Source of the DNA: an uncultured delta proteobacterium
GTDB taxonomy: Bacteria; Myxococcota_A; Polyangia; Polyangiales; Polyangiaceae
Length of the DNA stretch: 64,000 nt
Direction of reading: 5' to 3'
NCBI GenBank assembly: GCA_963696385.1
Contig: CAVOKF010000005.1
Coordinates: forward strand, 1,184,001 to 1,248,000
The stretch's first letter is position 1; the number at the start of each line of letters is the position of its first letter. The position numbers and the translations under genes are program-made. The notes under the pieces were generated by a model, which saw only the letters and a program-made list of their open reading frames with translations, made no database searches and was not told the origin of the DNA. This document shows, piece by piece, positions 1-9,962 of the stretch.

Positions 1-354
1 ATCGTCGACCCCGCCGCGACGGCCTCCAATCCCGCGGTCGCGCCCGCACCCAGCCCGAGTCCCGTGGTCAATCCCGCCGTGACGGCGGCACCCCGCATCG
101 CGACGCCAGCGGCCGGCGCGGTACAATTGCCGGTTGTCGCGGTCGCCGCCAAGCCCAGAGCGCCCGCCGCGCTGCCGTCGCCTGGGGTGCCAACGCGGGC
201 CCCCGCGGCCGCCAGCCCTGCAGTGCGATCGATGCCGGCCGCGAATGCGCCCCCCGTCCTCCCGTCCGTGCCCTCCGCGGAGCCCGCTTCTTCGCCGAAA
301 TCGACGGGCGTCGCCGTAAGCGATACCGCCGACGAGTTCGGCGGACGCCAATGA
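1..354 (+). CDS. Partial CDS (5' end outside window): Pro/Ala-rich C-terminal tail, probably of a membrane Ser/Thr kinase-type protein
   Basis: Frame is open from base 1 to TGA 352-354. Low-complexity P/A/S sequence ends in DEFGGRQ and overlaps the next ATG (ATGA). Kinase identity is inferred only from the usual myxobacterial kinase-TPR gene pairing. Confidence 0.55.
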   Translation: MVDPAATASNPAVAPAPSPSPVVNPAVTAAPRIATPAAGAVQLPVVAVAAKPRAPAALPSPGVPTRAPAAASPAVRSMPAANAPPVLPSVPSAEPASSPKSTGVAVSDTADEFGGRQ

Positions 355-1262
355 CAGGACCGACCGGCGTGCGGAAGATCCCCGCGGCCGTCGCGATCGT
401 GGCGTTATCGTTTTGGTCCGCCTCGGCGCACGCTCAGCCGAAGGACGACGCGGCGCGCGCGGACATTCTGTTTGCCGTGGCCAAAGAGCTGCGCGCAGCG
501 GGCCTCTACGCCGACGCCTGCCCCAAATTCGCCGAGGTGGAGCAACTCGCGCCGGGGATCGGCATCATGCTCCACTTGGCGGACTGCTATGAGCACCTCG
601 GCCGTTCCGACAGTGCCGCCTTGGAGTATCGCAAGGCCGAGACGCTTGCACGCGCGCGAAGCGACAAGCGCGTTTCCGTGGCGCATGCGCGCGCGGAGGC
701 CCTCGAGTCCAAGATCAAACGCACGACGATCGCCGTCGCGAAGGCGCCCCAACCGGACGGGCCTGGGGCCCATTCCGAGATCAGCGCGAGCGGCGATACG
801 GTGCCCGCCGACGTCACGGTGGCGGGCCCCGAGAACGCGGCTTCTCCGGCTGCGATCCCTGCCGTCGCCAACTCCGGCTCCGCCGTGACTGCTTCCGCTC
901 CAGGCGCCGGATCGATGCCCACCGCTCCTCCCAATGCAGAGACTCCAAATGCAGAGCCGCCCGCACCGACGACAGGGCATGTCACGCGCGCTTCGCTCGA
1001 GATCGGACTCTTGAGCGGCGGAGCGGTCGGGCTGGGCGTGGGTGCCGCACTTCTGGCCGTCAAGAACCAGGCGATCACCTCGGGCGGCGATTCGTCGGCA
1101 GCCGGGACGGCCTCCGCGGTGGCGTTCGTGGCGGGTGGGGCAGCGATCCTGTCGTCGATCGTGCTTTACCTGACGGCGCCGCCCGACAAGGGCGTGGCGA
1201 TCGGGGTCTCGCCCATGCCGGTTGCCGCAGGCGGCGGCGCTCTGCTTCGAGGAAGCTTCTGA
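351..1262 (+). CDS. Secreted TPR-repeat protein (myxobacterial TPR/PEGA-like family)
   Basis: Signal peptide (AHA|Q), TPR-like segment ADACPKFAE...GIMLHLADCYEHLG, P/A linker, hydrophobic C-terminal hairpin and a GGGALLRGSF end. Paralogous to 3902-5014. Confidence 0.75.
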   Translation: MTGPTGVRKIPAAVAIVALSFWSASAHAQPKDDAARADILFAVAKELRAAGLYADACPKFAEVEQLAPGIGIMLHLADCYEHLGRSDSAALEYRKAETLARARSDKRVSVAHARAEALESKIKRTTIAVAKAPQPDGPGAHSEISASGDTVPADVTVAGPENAASPAAIPAVANSGSAVTASAPGAGSMPTAPPNAETPNAEPPAPTTGHVTRASLEIGLLSGGAVGLGVGAALLAVKNQAITSGGDSSAAGTASAVAFVAGGAAILSSIVLYLTAPPDKGVAIGVSPMPVAAGGGALLRGSF

Positions 1263-1276
1263 CGTCGCTGTTTGGG

Positions 1277-2269
1277 TCAGGGCAACGTGCTGCAATTGGA
1301 CAGCGAGCCGGCGGTCCCGGCGTTGTCGACGCACTCGACGAGGCTCGGCGGGATGCCGCTCGAGGTGCCCCCTACAAGGACGACGGTCAACGCGCTGCCC
1401 GAAGCGGCCGATACGGGGGTCGTGGTCGACACCGAGGTTGGTTCACCTGTGCCGCCGTCCGGTTCGGTCACGCCGCTTTCGGGTTGAATCGCGCCGTGCA
1501 GTAATGCGGTGATCGTGGCGTTCGCGAGCGCCGAAAGCGTGAGGTAACCGTCGCTGTCGACGCTGGGTGCAGAGGCGTCCGCCGCAAGCGCGGCTTGCGC
1601 TTCGGCCTTGGTACTCGCGGTTCCGAAGGCGATACCGGAAAATTCGGTCTTCGTCCCAATCTTCAGGTCGGCCTCCGGCCAGGACGGGACGGCGTCGACG
1701 ACCCGCAGCGTCACGGCACTCGGGGTCAGCGCGTCGTCCAGGAAGCCGACGACCTGCAGGGCGGAATCGCCTCCGCTGGGATGCGCTTCTCCGACGAGAG
1801 CGATCGTCGCGAAGGTGTTGGCGGCGAGCGAGGGAAGGGGCGTGGCGTACGGGAGGATGCTGACCGCGCAGGTGTCGGCCCCGGCCACCACGACCCACGC
1901 GTCGTATTGGACAGCCGCCGGAACGCTCACGTACGCGCTCACGAAGGGAAACGCGACGTCGCCGGGGCCTGCGTCGGTCGACGCAGCGAGATCGGCCGTA
2001 ATCGGACCCGTGAACGCCAGGGTCCCGTGGGGCGCGACGCACAAATCGATCGCCGGCGAGTCCGGCGACCAGTTGGCCACGCGCAAAAACGCACGCGATG
2101 ACGATTGCGCCGCACCGGCGTCCGTACTCGCCCCGTCGCTCGTGCCATGTCCTCCATCGCCCGCGGCGGCATCGGCGACGGGAACCGGCACGACGTCGTC
2201 GTCACCCGCGCCGCAAGCGATCGCACACGCGCAGACCGTTGCCGTGATCACAATCCAGACGGTTCTCAT
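1277..2269 (-). CDS. DUF4397-like lipoprotein
   Basis: Lipobox-like AIAC followed by an acidic linker. Two LRV(A/V)(N/D)xxP motifs (LRVANWSPDSPAIDLC; LRVVDAVPSWPEADL) typical of DUF4397. Confidence 0.7.
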   Translation of the reverse strand: MRTVWIVITATVCACAIACGAGDDDVVPVPVADAAAGDGGHGTSDGASTDAGAAQSSSRAFLRVANWSPDSPAIDLCVAPHGTLAFTGPITADLAASTDAGPGDVAFPFVSAYVSVPAAVQYDAWVVVAGADTCAVSILPYATPLPSLAANTFATIALVGEAHPSGGDSALQVVGFLDDALTPSAVTLRVVDAVPSWPEADLKIGTKTEFSGIAFGTASTKAEAQAALAADASAPSVDSDGYLTLSALANATITALLHGAIQPESGVTEPDGGTGEPTSVSTTTPVSAASGSALTVVLVGGTSSGIPPSLVECVDNAGTAGSLSNCSTLP

Positions 2270-3885
2270 GGCTGTCCCGGGCTCGCCGCTGGCTCCTCTT
2301 CGTGGCGTGTGCGCGACCAGACGGCAGCGATCTCGTTCGACGCGTCGTCCAAGGCGCGGTCGTTGAGAGCCTCGCGTGCGAGGCGACCTCCCGACGGCGG
2401 TGGAACGAGCGCTCCCACGTTATGCGAAACCGCGAGCCGGGGCTCCACGTGGCCGGCAGGCACGACGAGGGGAAATTGCCCCTGGGCTCCCTCGACCACG
2501 CCCCAGGTTCCGGTAGGCCGGCGACCTACCGAATCGACATGAGGGTGGAGGAATACGAGCGAGCGGCTTCCGATGGAAAAAATCGCCTGGCCTTCGATGA
2601 TCTGTCCGATGTCGCCGACACTCCCGCCAAGCGTTCGAATCCACACTTCGCGGTCGAGGCGTCCGGCCACGGACCGTTCGACGCGGGCGCGCGTGTAGGT
2701 GACGATGCGGCGATCCTCCCAGAGCGCGTGCTGTTCGATCGGCGTGACGACCGCGACGGCGCTCGCCTTGTAGATCAGCTCGCCGAAGAGCGCCATCACC
2801 GATACGCTCGCGCGAGCGTCGCGGAAGCTCGCCGCGCAGACTCCCAGCACGGCCAAGGATAGGCCGAGAAACCGGGCGACCGCGCGTGCGCGACGGGAGG
2901 TCCGACGGGTGCGCCGGGCCCACGCTCCGAGGCCCACGAGGCCGCCCGCGGCCAGGACCATGCCGTTGCCGTTCGTCCGCCCGGGCGTGACGCCGCAGCC
3001 GAACAGCGTATCGGTCGCGACTAGCGCGTTGCCGCCGTCTCCCTCCGACGAATCGGCTGCGACGACGCTCGCGTCGAGAGATCCGCATTGGTCTTCAAAA
3101 CCCAAAGGGGGCTGTGGCTGGCACAGGGTAGAAGCGAACGCTCCTTGCGCCGTGCTCCGGCTGCCGTCCGGACTGTATATGGAGCAAATCCCGGTGACGT
3201 CGTCGGGCTCCAAGGTGGTCGAGCCTGGATGATAGAAGGCGTACATCACCGCGGTCGTGTCGGCGGTATGGGCAAGACCGAGGAAATGCCCCGCCTCATG
3301 CGTCAGGATGCTTGCCAGGTCGTAGGCTCCTTGGGGGGGCGTGCCGTCCGCGACGATCACGTAGCCCGCCGTGTTGATCTCGATGTCGGCGCCCAAAATC
3401 TCGCCCGTCGTCAGATTGACGGTGAGCGTCGTGTAGCCGATGGCGTTGGCGCTGTCGTCGTAAGGCCAGCCGTTGTCACGGAAGATAATGACGTTGTTGT
3501 GTTCTTGCGAGGGGACCGCGTCGCAGTCCACAGGCGGAAACGCGCTCGCCAGGATGCTCGGGTTGCCCCCCGCGGCGCACGTCGCGGTGCTCCAGGTCGT
3601 AAAAGCCTGTTGAGCGACCCGCTCCGCGTCGCTGAGCGAAACCTGCTTGCTCGCGTTTCGTTGGAGGCTGTAGCTCACACATTGATTTCTCCAAAAAAGC
3701 GGAGGCAAGGTCGTCCCCGCTTCCGGAGCGGTCGTGAAGCAACCGAGCACGGTCGGGTCGTAGCCGGCCGGGGCGCTCTCGGTCACCTCTCGACAATAGG
3801 CTCGCGCTTGCCTCGCCCCCAGCATCACGACCAGCACGCTCAGCACGGTGCGCGCGGAGCGGCGAGGCGGTCGCAAGGAAGTCAT
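2266..3885 (-). CDS. Matrixin (M10) zinc metalloprotease with internal MYXO-CTERM-like segment and a second fused secreted domain
   Basis: HEAGHFLGLAH zinc motif, Met-turn (AVMY), GEILGADIEIN and signal peptide ARA|Y. Start re-chosen at ATG 3885. Confidence 0.85.
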   Translation of the reverse strand: MTSLRPPRRSARTVLSVLVVMLGARQARAYCREVTESAPAGYDPTVLGCFTTAPEAGTTLPPLFWRNQCVSYSLQRNASKQVSLSDAERVAQQAFTTWSTATCAAGGNPSILASAFPPVDCDAVPSQEHNNVIIFRDNGWPYDDSANAIGYTTLTVNLTTGEILGADIEINTAGYVIVADGTPPQGAYDLASILTHEAGHFLGLAHTADTTAVMYAFYHPGSTTLEPDDVTGICSIYSPDGSRSTAQGAFASTLCQPQPPLGFEDQCGSLDASVVAADSSEGDGGNALVATDTLFGCGVTPGRTNGNGMVLAAGGLVGLGAWARRTRRTSRRARAVARFLGLSLAVLGVCAASFRDARASVSVMALFGELIYKASAVAVVTPIEQHALWEDRRIVTYTRARVERSVAGRLDREVWIRTLGGSVGDIGQIIEGQAIFSIGSRSLVFLHPHVDSVGRRPTGTWGVVEGAQGQFPLVVPAGHVEPRLAVSHNVGALVPPPSGGRLAREALNDRALDDASNEIAAVWSRTRHEEEPAASPGQP

Positions 3886-3901
3886 TGGAGTTGCGCAGCG
3901 A

Positions 3902-5014
3902 TCAAAAGTTCGCACGGACGAGCGCGCCTGCTCCGCCCGAAAGCGGGGCCGGGACGAGCATCCACCCCGTGCGCGGTTTGGAGGTCGGGTCCGTCAGGAA
4001 AACGACGAGCGAAGAGACGAGTGCCGCTCCTCCGACGGCAAATGAAAGGGTCGCGGCGGTCACGGCCTCGTTCTCCAACGAGGGATCGCAAGGGCAGTTG
4101 TGGCTCGCCAGTACACTTCGCCTCACCACGAAAAATGAGCCGAAGCCTGCGCCGACGGCGCCCAGGCCCAAGAGACCCAGCTCGACGCCCAGCCGCGCCG
4201 GGCTCTGTCTCGCGGGAGTCGCCCTCTCGGTCACGGACAGCGCCGCGGGGGGTCCCGAAGCAGCCGACTCACCGGCAATCGAACGGTCTGAAATCGAGAA
4301 GGTCGCGGAAGCAGCCGTTGCGGGCGCCGCCGGGGTTGCCATCGGTGCCGGTGGAGTTGCCGCAGGTGCCGCGAGGGTTGCGACCGGCGCCGGTGCCGTC
4401 GCTGCCGGCGCGGGCTCGTCTGCTTCTACGATGGCAGCGAGATGGGTGGCGTCCAGGTGGGCGTGAAGGGTCCGCGCGGCCCGTCCGGGCCGATCGAGGG
4501 TGACCACATGATCGCCGGGGTCTACCGCGAGCGAGACGTTCCAGCGTTCCGGGGGAAGGGGGGCGCCATCGACCAGGACTCTCCGGTCGTCCTGTGGCGC
4601 TGCCGCGGTGATCACGACCGTGAGTCGGTTGACTTTCGCTTCGAGGGCTTGGGCGCGCACGTGCGCGAGGCCGGCGCGCTTTTCGTCGCCGCGAGCGCGT
4701 GCCAGCGCTTCGGCTTGCCGAAACTGGGCCCATGCGCTCGCCGGCTTTCCGGTGTGCTCGTAGCAGTTGGCCAAATGGAGCGTGACGCCGACACCCGCCG
4801 CCAACCTCTGGCTCTCCGCGAACATCGGACAGGCATCGGCAAGCTGTCCGGCATTCTGCAATTGTTTGGCGGCGTTGAAGAGCCCCTCGGCGCGCGAATC
4901 GTCCGCGGGCTCGGCCGCAAGAGTGGGGGACGACCCCAGCCCCAAGAGTCCCCAGGCGGTCGTTGCGAACGTGCGCCGGGCAGCACGAGCGATCGCGGGG
5001 CAGAAAACGTTCAT
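3902..5014 (-). CDS. TPR + PEGA-like domain protein
   Basis: ADACPMFAES...GVTLHLANCYEHTG TPR segment, VLVDG...VDPGDHVV PEGA-like strand pattern, hydrophobic C-terminal hairpin ending LVRANF. Start ATG 5014. Confidence 0.8.
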   Translation of the reverse strand: MNVFCPAIARAARRTFATTAWGLLGLGSSPTLAAEPADDSRAEGLFNAAKQLQNAGQLADACPMFAESQRLAAGVGVTLHLANCYEHTGKPASAWAQFRQAEALARARGDEKRAGLAHVRAQALEAKVNRLTVVITAAAPQDDRRVLVDGAPLPPERWNVSLAVDPGDHVVTLDRPGRAARTLHAHLDATHLAAIVEADEPAPAATAPAPVATLAAPAATPPAPMATPAAPATAASATFSISDRSIAGESAASGPPAALSVTERATPARQSPARLGVELGLLGLGAVGAGFGSFFVVRRSVLASHNCPCDPSLENEAVTAATLSFAVGGAALVSSLVVFLTDPTSKPRTGWMLVPAPLSGGAGALVRANF

Positions 5015-5049
5015 GGGACGTTCACTTGGGTACCGGGCACCTACGGACC

Positions 5050-8000
5050 TTACTGCAGGCAGGGGTTGCATCCGTTGCCTTGCGCGCAGTTGAGGATCTG
5101 GTTGGCGATGCCCGACGGGTTTGCGCCGGTCGTGTCGGTGTAGTTGTTGATGATGTCGTTCGCGTCGGTCTGCGGGAACGTGAAGCCGGCGACTTCCGGG
5201 GCCAAGCAGGCCCCGTTGACGTTTGCCCCGCGAGACGAGCAGGCCGTTGGGCCCACTTGGTTGAACCCGCTGACTCCACAATAGCAGAACGTATCGCCCT
5301 GCGCGCTGGCGGCGCACTGCTGACCGGTGGCGCCGGTCATGCAATCGAGGGCTCCGAGGCACGCCGAGACCGTGCTGACCGTCGCCCCGCTGCCATTGGT
5401 GAACGTGGTGGAGCTGCCGACGAAGCCCGCCGTTCCAATGTCGTCGCATTCGCGGTTTCGAACACCATGGATCGGATCGTCGAGGCAGGACCCTGCGACA
5501 AGGCAGCTCAGGCAGTTGCCGGTCAGGGTGGGGGAACCGGCGTAATCAGGCCCTGCGGTCAACACGCTGCCCGAGGCGATGTCGAGCTGCACGAACGCTG
5601 CTTCGGTCCGCGAGCAGACTCCGCTGGAGCGGTTGGGGCAGGTGATGCAATTCGTCTCACCCGCTGTGGTGCAAGCCGTCAGAGGCGACGCGTTGCCCGG
5701 ACCATCCCCGCCGGCTTCAACGTGGGCCGAGTCGAGTCCGGCGTCGACTGTTGTCGCGTCGAGGCCCGCGTCGACTGCGGTCGCGTCGACGACGGTCGCG
5801 TCAGCGACGCTCGAGTCCGCGATGCCCGCGTCGAGGCCGCCCTCGCTGGCCGATCCGTCGATCGCGCCCCCATCGTCGGTGGACCCGCCGCCCGCTGCGG
5901 GCTCGTACGTTCCAACGCACGCGCGGACGTTGACGCTCGCCGCCGGAAAGGGCTGGCACACGGGGCCGGAGTAAACGAACGTGGCCGTCGCGTTGGTCGT
6001 CGCGGGGCACGCCGGATCGGAGGTCGAGCTGACCAGCTCGGGCAGCGCCTGGATGTTGGGCAAGACCTGTATCGGCGGCGCGGGTTGAATCCCGAACGCG
6101 TCTAGGGGCTGGATGGCGATGTTCAGGGTCGCGGACGCAGTTCCCGCGTTGGCCATCGGGATCGAAAAGCCGCTCGTGCTGTCGGCTGCGTAGAATGGCC
6201 CTTGTGAGTCGGAATCGGGCCCACCGCCCTGCGGCAGCGATAGAACGGCACCATTGAGTGTCCATGAAATCGGGACTGTGAAATCGGTTGCCGGCAAGCT
6301 GGCGATGTCGATGATCAATTCGTCCGCGTAGGGCGCCGATCCGGGAAGCACACCCTGGCCGGGGCTGACGGGCTTCGGATTGACGACGATGGTCGCCACG
6401 CCATTGGGCGCCAACATCCCAGAGCCCGAGTCTGCGAACGTGTACCAGGTGCCCGCCGAGAGGCGGATCGTGTAGGGCAGCTGTTGGTTGGTCGAATTCG
6501 TGAGGGTCACGGACTGCCCGCCGGGAGGAGATCCGCCGCAGTCGGTCGTGGGGAATACGAGGCTCCCCGAAATGGTTGCGACCGGGCTCGCATTGGAGGA
6601 ACCGGAGAAATCGATGGTGGGCGTCATCCATTGACTCGGCAGGGCCGCGCAGAAAGCGTCGGTCGCGCTCACTTGCAGTTGTCCCTGGTCGGTCCAGTTT
6701 CCGCTGGCGGAGGGCGCAGAGAATTGACCGACGAGCGCGGTCACGCTGGCCGGCGGCACGGTCGTGGGGTTGCTTTGCAAGCCGAAGATGCCTTGTGTCG
6801 TAAGCCCCTGCAGCGTCACGGTCGCCGGCGCGTTGCCCGTATTGCGGACCGATGTGGAGAAGGTGCCGATCGAACCGGCCCCAACCGTTCCGAAATTCCA
6901 TGTGGTCGACAACGGCGTGTCGGCAATGACCGCGCCGCGCGCCTGCATGGCGAGCGGGACGACGTGCGGGGTATCGCCGGCCGCGTCGGTCATGATGGTG
7001 AGCCGGTCGGTGAATGCCGACACGTTGTTCGGATCGGAAACTGCCGGAATGGCCGAGGGGACGACCGTGATGGTGGCCGAGCCGCCAATCGCGATCGCGG
7101 TCGTCGGCACCCCGGAGATCGCAAAGGGCGAGTTCGACCCCTCGCTAAGAGTGACGGAAGTCACGTTGAACGGCTGATTGCCTGCATTCGAGATCGTCAG
7201 CGTCTGAGTCGTTCCCGTTGAACCGCAGTTGACGAGACCGTAGGGATCCCCTGGTTGCCCGAATGCGAGCGTCGAGGCCGAAAGGGAAACGGATCCTGCG
7301 GTGCCCGTTCCGCTCAAGACAATGGCGCCGGGCAGTCCGGCGCATACCGGGTCCGACGTGACGACTGAAAGGGTCGCCGGATCGGCTCCCATGCTCGTTG
7401 GATCGAAGGTGACGGTCTCGGTCGCCGCACTGCCGGCTGCGAGGTTGCTTGCCGGCTGAGAGCCTGAGTAGGCCGCTGCGCCCGCGCCCACGCATGCGAA
7501 CTGGACATTGGCATCCGACGACCCGGGGTTGGCACCGTTGGTCACCGTGAAGGTTTGGCTGAGGCTCGTGTCGAGTGGGACCTGACCGAAGCGCAGAGTC
7601 GAGACGGAGACGGACAATTGATCGCCCAGAGGGACCTCGCTCAAGTTCACGACGTGAGGCGGATCCAGCGGGACATCCGTCGTTACCACCAGTTGCGCCG
7701 CAAGCGCAGCCGGGTTCGGATTCGGCGCGGGGGAAGCGACGGCGGTTGCGGTCACCATCACGGTGGAGCTCGCCCCAGGAGGCAAGAGTCCGGGTGGCGT
7801 ACTGGTCGTTGCGCTGTAGATGGCGGCTCCGGGCCCCGTGATTCCGCCCAGCGTCCAAGTGAGGTCGGCCGTTCCATTGTTGGATACGACGAATGTCTGC
7901 GATCCGGGGGCCGGGCCTCCACAGGTGGCCGGAAAGGTCAAGAGCGTCGGGGTCACGATCGGGCCGCCGCCGATGGCACTTCCGGAAAGCGGCAGGGGCG

Positions 8001-9627
8001 CAGGCAGCACCTGGCAGATCACTGTGGTGGAAGCGACCGTCAATGCCAACGAGCCCGTGGTGGCGCCGCCGTGGACAGGACGGAACGAGATCGACTCGTC
8101 CTGCTCACTGGGTGCGGCGCCGCTGGCCTGCGCGGCAATGGTGAAGTTCGGTGTCGAAACGCTGAATGCGGACGCGACGCCCGAATCGTTCGTTATGCCC
8201 CCACCGTCGGGTAGAACGCCGCTGCCACTTTCGGTTGCCACCACTGTGATGTTCGCGGAGGCGTTTCCGGCATTCGTAATTCCGAAACTCTGTGGAGGGG
8301 TCGACTGAAGAAGGATGCCCGCAGAGCCGAAGTTGCCAAAGCTGCTCGCGTTCAGGGTATCGAATGCGAGCACTGCCCCTTCGGGCTCCTCCGTCAGCGT
8401 GAGTGAAGTGCCCGCGGTAGAAGGGTCTGCATCCGTGTGGATGACGACCGTTGCGCTCACGGGATTGAGGGATACGGATGGCGTCGTGGACGACGGGGCC
8501 GCAACGGCGGGCGCTGTAAACTGGATCGCGAGAGCGCCGCCGCTCGGCGCAATGACCGATCCCACGGCCGCGTTGGTCCCGAACCCCCCCATGCCGCTCG
8601 TGTCGACCGCCGTGATGCGGGCGGCGGTCGTCCCGCCGTTCGTCAGGGTCACGGTTTGCGGCACCGGTGCCGCACCGCCGCACGGGGTGAGCCCGAAGTC
8701 GAGGGTGCCGCTGCTCGGCCAGCCCGTAAGGACGCCGCTCGCGGTACTGCCCGTGAAGGTAACTTGACTAAGGCTCGAACCGCAGACGACACCGGTCGCG
8801 GTGATGAGCGCGCTCGCGATGACCGGGGCGCTTCCGGTAGGCGTGAACACCGCGGTTGGACTCGCGGTTTCGCCCGGGTTCAGTGAAAATTCCACCCCCG
8901 CATCGGCTTGTTCCGCGAACGCGATGCTCGCGACCGGAGCGATGCTGAAGGTCCCGGGGGCGTTGCCGGTGTTTGCCAACTGCAGCGCGAGCGGCGGCGC
9001 GGCGACGCCGATCTCGCTGGAAGCAAAGGTGTATTCAGACGTCCCCGTGAGGGTTGCACCGGTGGGTGTCACCGAGAGCGCGACCGCCAGGCTCGTGTCG
9101 TTCGGATCGTTCGTGAAGAGCGACAGCGAGCCCGTGATCGGCGAGCCCGCAGTCGCCGAAGCCGGCACGTTTGCGGTAACGGTCAAAGCGCCCGACGCGC
9201 CAGCGGCGAGCGTCAAGGAACTTGGGCTGACGGCGAACGTTGGGCCCGTCTCCGTGACCGATACGGCAAGGACAGAGCCGCCTGTGTTCGTGACGGTCAG
9301 GGTCTCGGTGACTTGGGGCGTTCCGCAGCCGACTTCCCCGAAATCGATGGTGTTGGCACTCAGCGACACGAGCGGAGAGGCAGCGGATCCCGCGTCCCTG
9401 CTGCCGACCGTCGTGGCGTCAGGCGCAACGGCTGCGTCACTCGCATCGGGGGTGGATGAACCGTCTGCGGAGCGGGAGGCCTCTCCGCCTGCATCCGATA
9501 GGGCCGAGACCGGGCCGCCGTCCGGCACGGGCGAAGCGTTGTCGTCGCCCGAGCAGCCGGCAACGAAGCCGACACTGCCAAGTGCCAAAAGAAGGCTCGC
9601 GCGGGTGTAGCTCGATTGAAGGCTCAT
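5050..9627 (-). CDS. Very large lipoprotein with tandem ASH/choice-of-anchor-D-type Ig-like repeats and a Cys-rich C-terminal domain
   Basis: Lipobox VAGC, about 10 repeats of the pattern (L/I)xFG...(T/S)xTxxNxG, a DAG-rich linker, then the ~205-aa Cys-rich domain ending CNPCLQ. Start ATG 9627. Confidence 0.8.
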   Translation of the reverse strand: MSLQSSYTRASLLLALGSVGFVAGCSGDDNASPVPDGGPVSALSDAGGEASRSADGSSTPDASDAAVAPDATTVGSRDAGSAASPLVSLSANTIDFGEVGCGTPQVTETLTVTNTGGSVLAVSVTETGPTFAVSPSSLTLAAGASGALTVTANVPASATAGSPITGSLSLFTNDPNDTSLAVALSVTPTGATLTGTSEYTFASSEIGVAAPPLALQLANTGNAPGTFSIAPVASIAFAEQADAGVEFSLNPGETASPTAVFTPTGSAPVIASALITATGVVCGSSLSQVTFTGSTASGVLTGWPSSGTLDFGLTPCGGAAPVPQTVTLTNGGTTAARITAVDTSGMGGFGTNAAVGSVIAPSGGALAIQFTAPAVAAPSSTTPSVSLNPVSATVVIHTDADPSTAGTSLTLTEEPEGAVLAFDTLNASSFGNFGSAGILLQSTPPQSFGITNAGNASANITVVATESGSGVLPDGGGITNDSGVASAFSVSTPNFTIAAQASGAAPSEQDESISFRPVHGGATTGSLALTVASTTVICQVLPAPLPLSGSAIGGGPIVTPTLLTFPATCGGPAPGSQTFVVSNNGTADLTWTLGGITGPGAAIYSATTSTPPGLLPPGASSTVMVTATAVASPAPNPNPAALAAQLVVTTDVPLDPPHVVNLSEVPLGDQLSVSVSTLRFGQVPLDTSLSQTFTVTNGANPGSSDANVQFACVGAGAAAYSGSQPASNLAAGSAATETVTFDPTSMGADPATLSVVTSDPVCAGLPGAIVLSGTGTAGSVSLSASTLAFGQPGDPYGLVNCGSTGTTQTLTISNAGNQPFNVTSVTLSEGSNSPFAISGVPTTAIAIGGSATITVVPSAIPAVSDPNNVSAFTDRLTIMTDAAGDTPHVVPLAMQARGAVIADTPLSTTWNFGTVGAGSIGTFSTSVRNTGNAPATVTLQGLTTQGIFGLQSNPTTVPPASVTALVGQFSAPSASGNWTDQGQLQVSATDAFCAALPSQWMTPTIDFSGSSNASPVATISGSLVFPTTDCGGSPPGGQSVTLTNSTNQQLPYTIRLSAGTWYTFADSGSGMLAPNGVATIVVNPKPVSPGQGVLPGSAPYADELIIDIASLPATDFTVPISWTLNGAVLSLPQGGGPDSDSQGPFYAADSTSGFSIPMANAGTASATLNIAIQPLDAFGIQPAPPIQVLPNIQALPELVSSTSDPACPATTNATATFVYSGPVCQPFPAASVNVRACVGTYEPAAGGGSTDDGGAIDGSASEGGLDAGIADSSVADATVVDATAVDAGLDATTVDAGLDSAHVEAGGDGPGNASPLTACTTAGETNCITCPNRSSGVCSRTEAAFVQLDIASGSVLTAGPDYAGSPTLTGNCLSCLVAGSCLDDPIHGVRNRECDDIGTAGFVGSSTTFTNGSGATVSTVSACLGALDCMTGATGQQCAASAQGDTFCYCGVSGFNQVGPTACSSRGANVNGACLAPEVAGFTFPQTDANDIINNYTDTTGANPSGIANQILNCAQGNGCNPCLQ

Positions 9628-9898
9628 CGTACGCGCTGGCTCCTCGGCGCCGTAAGATCGACGCTTTTTACGCAATGCCCCGCGGGCCGCAAGGGATACG
9701 GCTGACTGTCTCGGCACGTCACACGGCGATCACGCGATCGCCACGCAGATGGGATGCGCCGCTCTCCCCGGGCTTCGAGTGGAGTATCCAAGGCTCGGTC
9801 TGCTTCCGTAAGAAATAGCGATGCTCGTCTCGAGACCCGAAAACCAGTAATCCTATTCGACATTTGCGTTGCCGCCACCGGCGAGGCTTTAAACAGAA

Positions 9899-9926
9899 GA
9901 AGGCGCCGGCTTTCACCGGCGCCTTC
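9899..9926 (-). terminator. Rho-independent terminator of 9963-11615
   Basis: Perfect 11-bp stem GAAGGCGCCGG/CCGGCGCCTTC with a 6-nt loop, followed on the minus strand by TTCTGTTT. Confidence 0.8.
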
Positions 9927-9962
9927 GATTCCGTTGGTTACAAGCTTCGCGTTCCGATCAGA

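Noticed and set aside
5050..5700. CxxC motifs in the shared C-terminal domain as heme sites
   Set aside because: None is followed by His, so they are not c-type heme attachment motifs.
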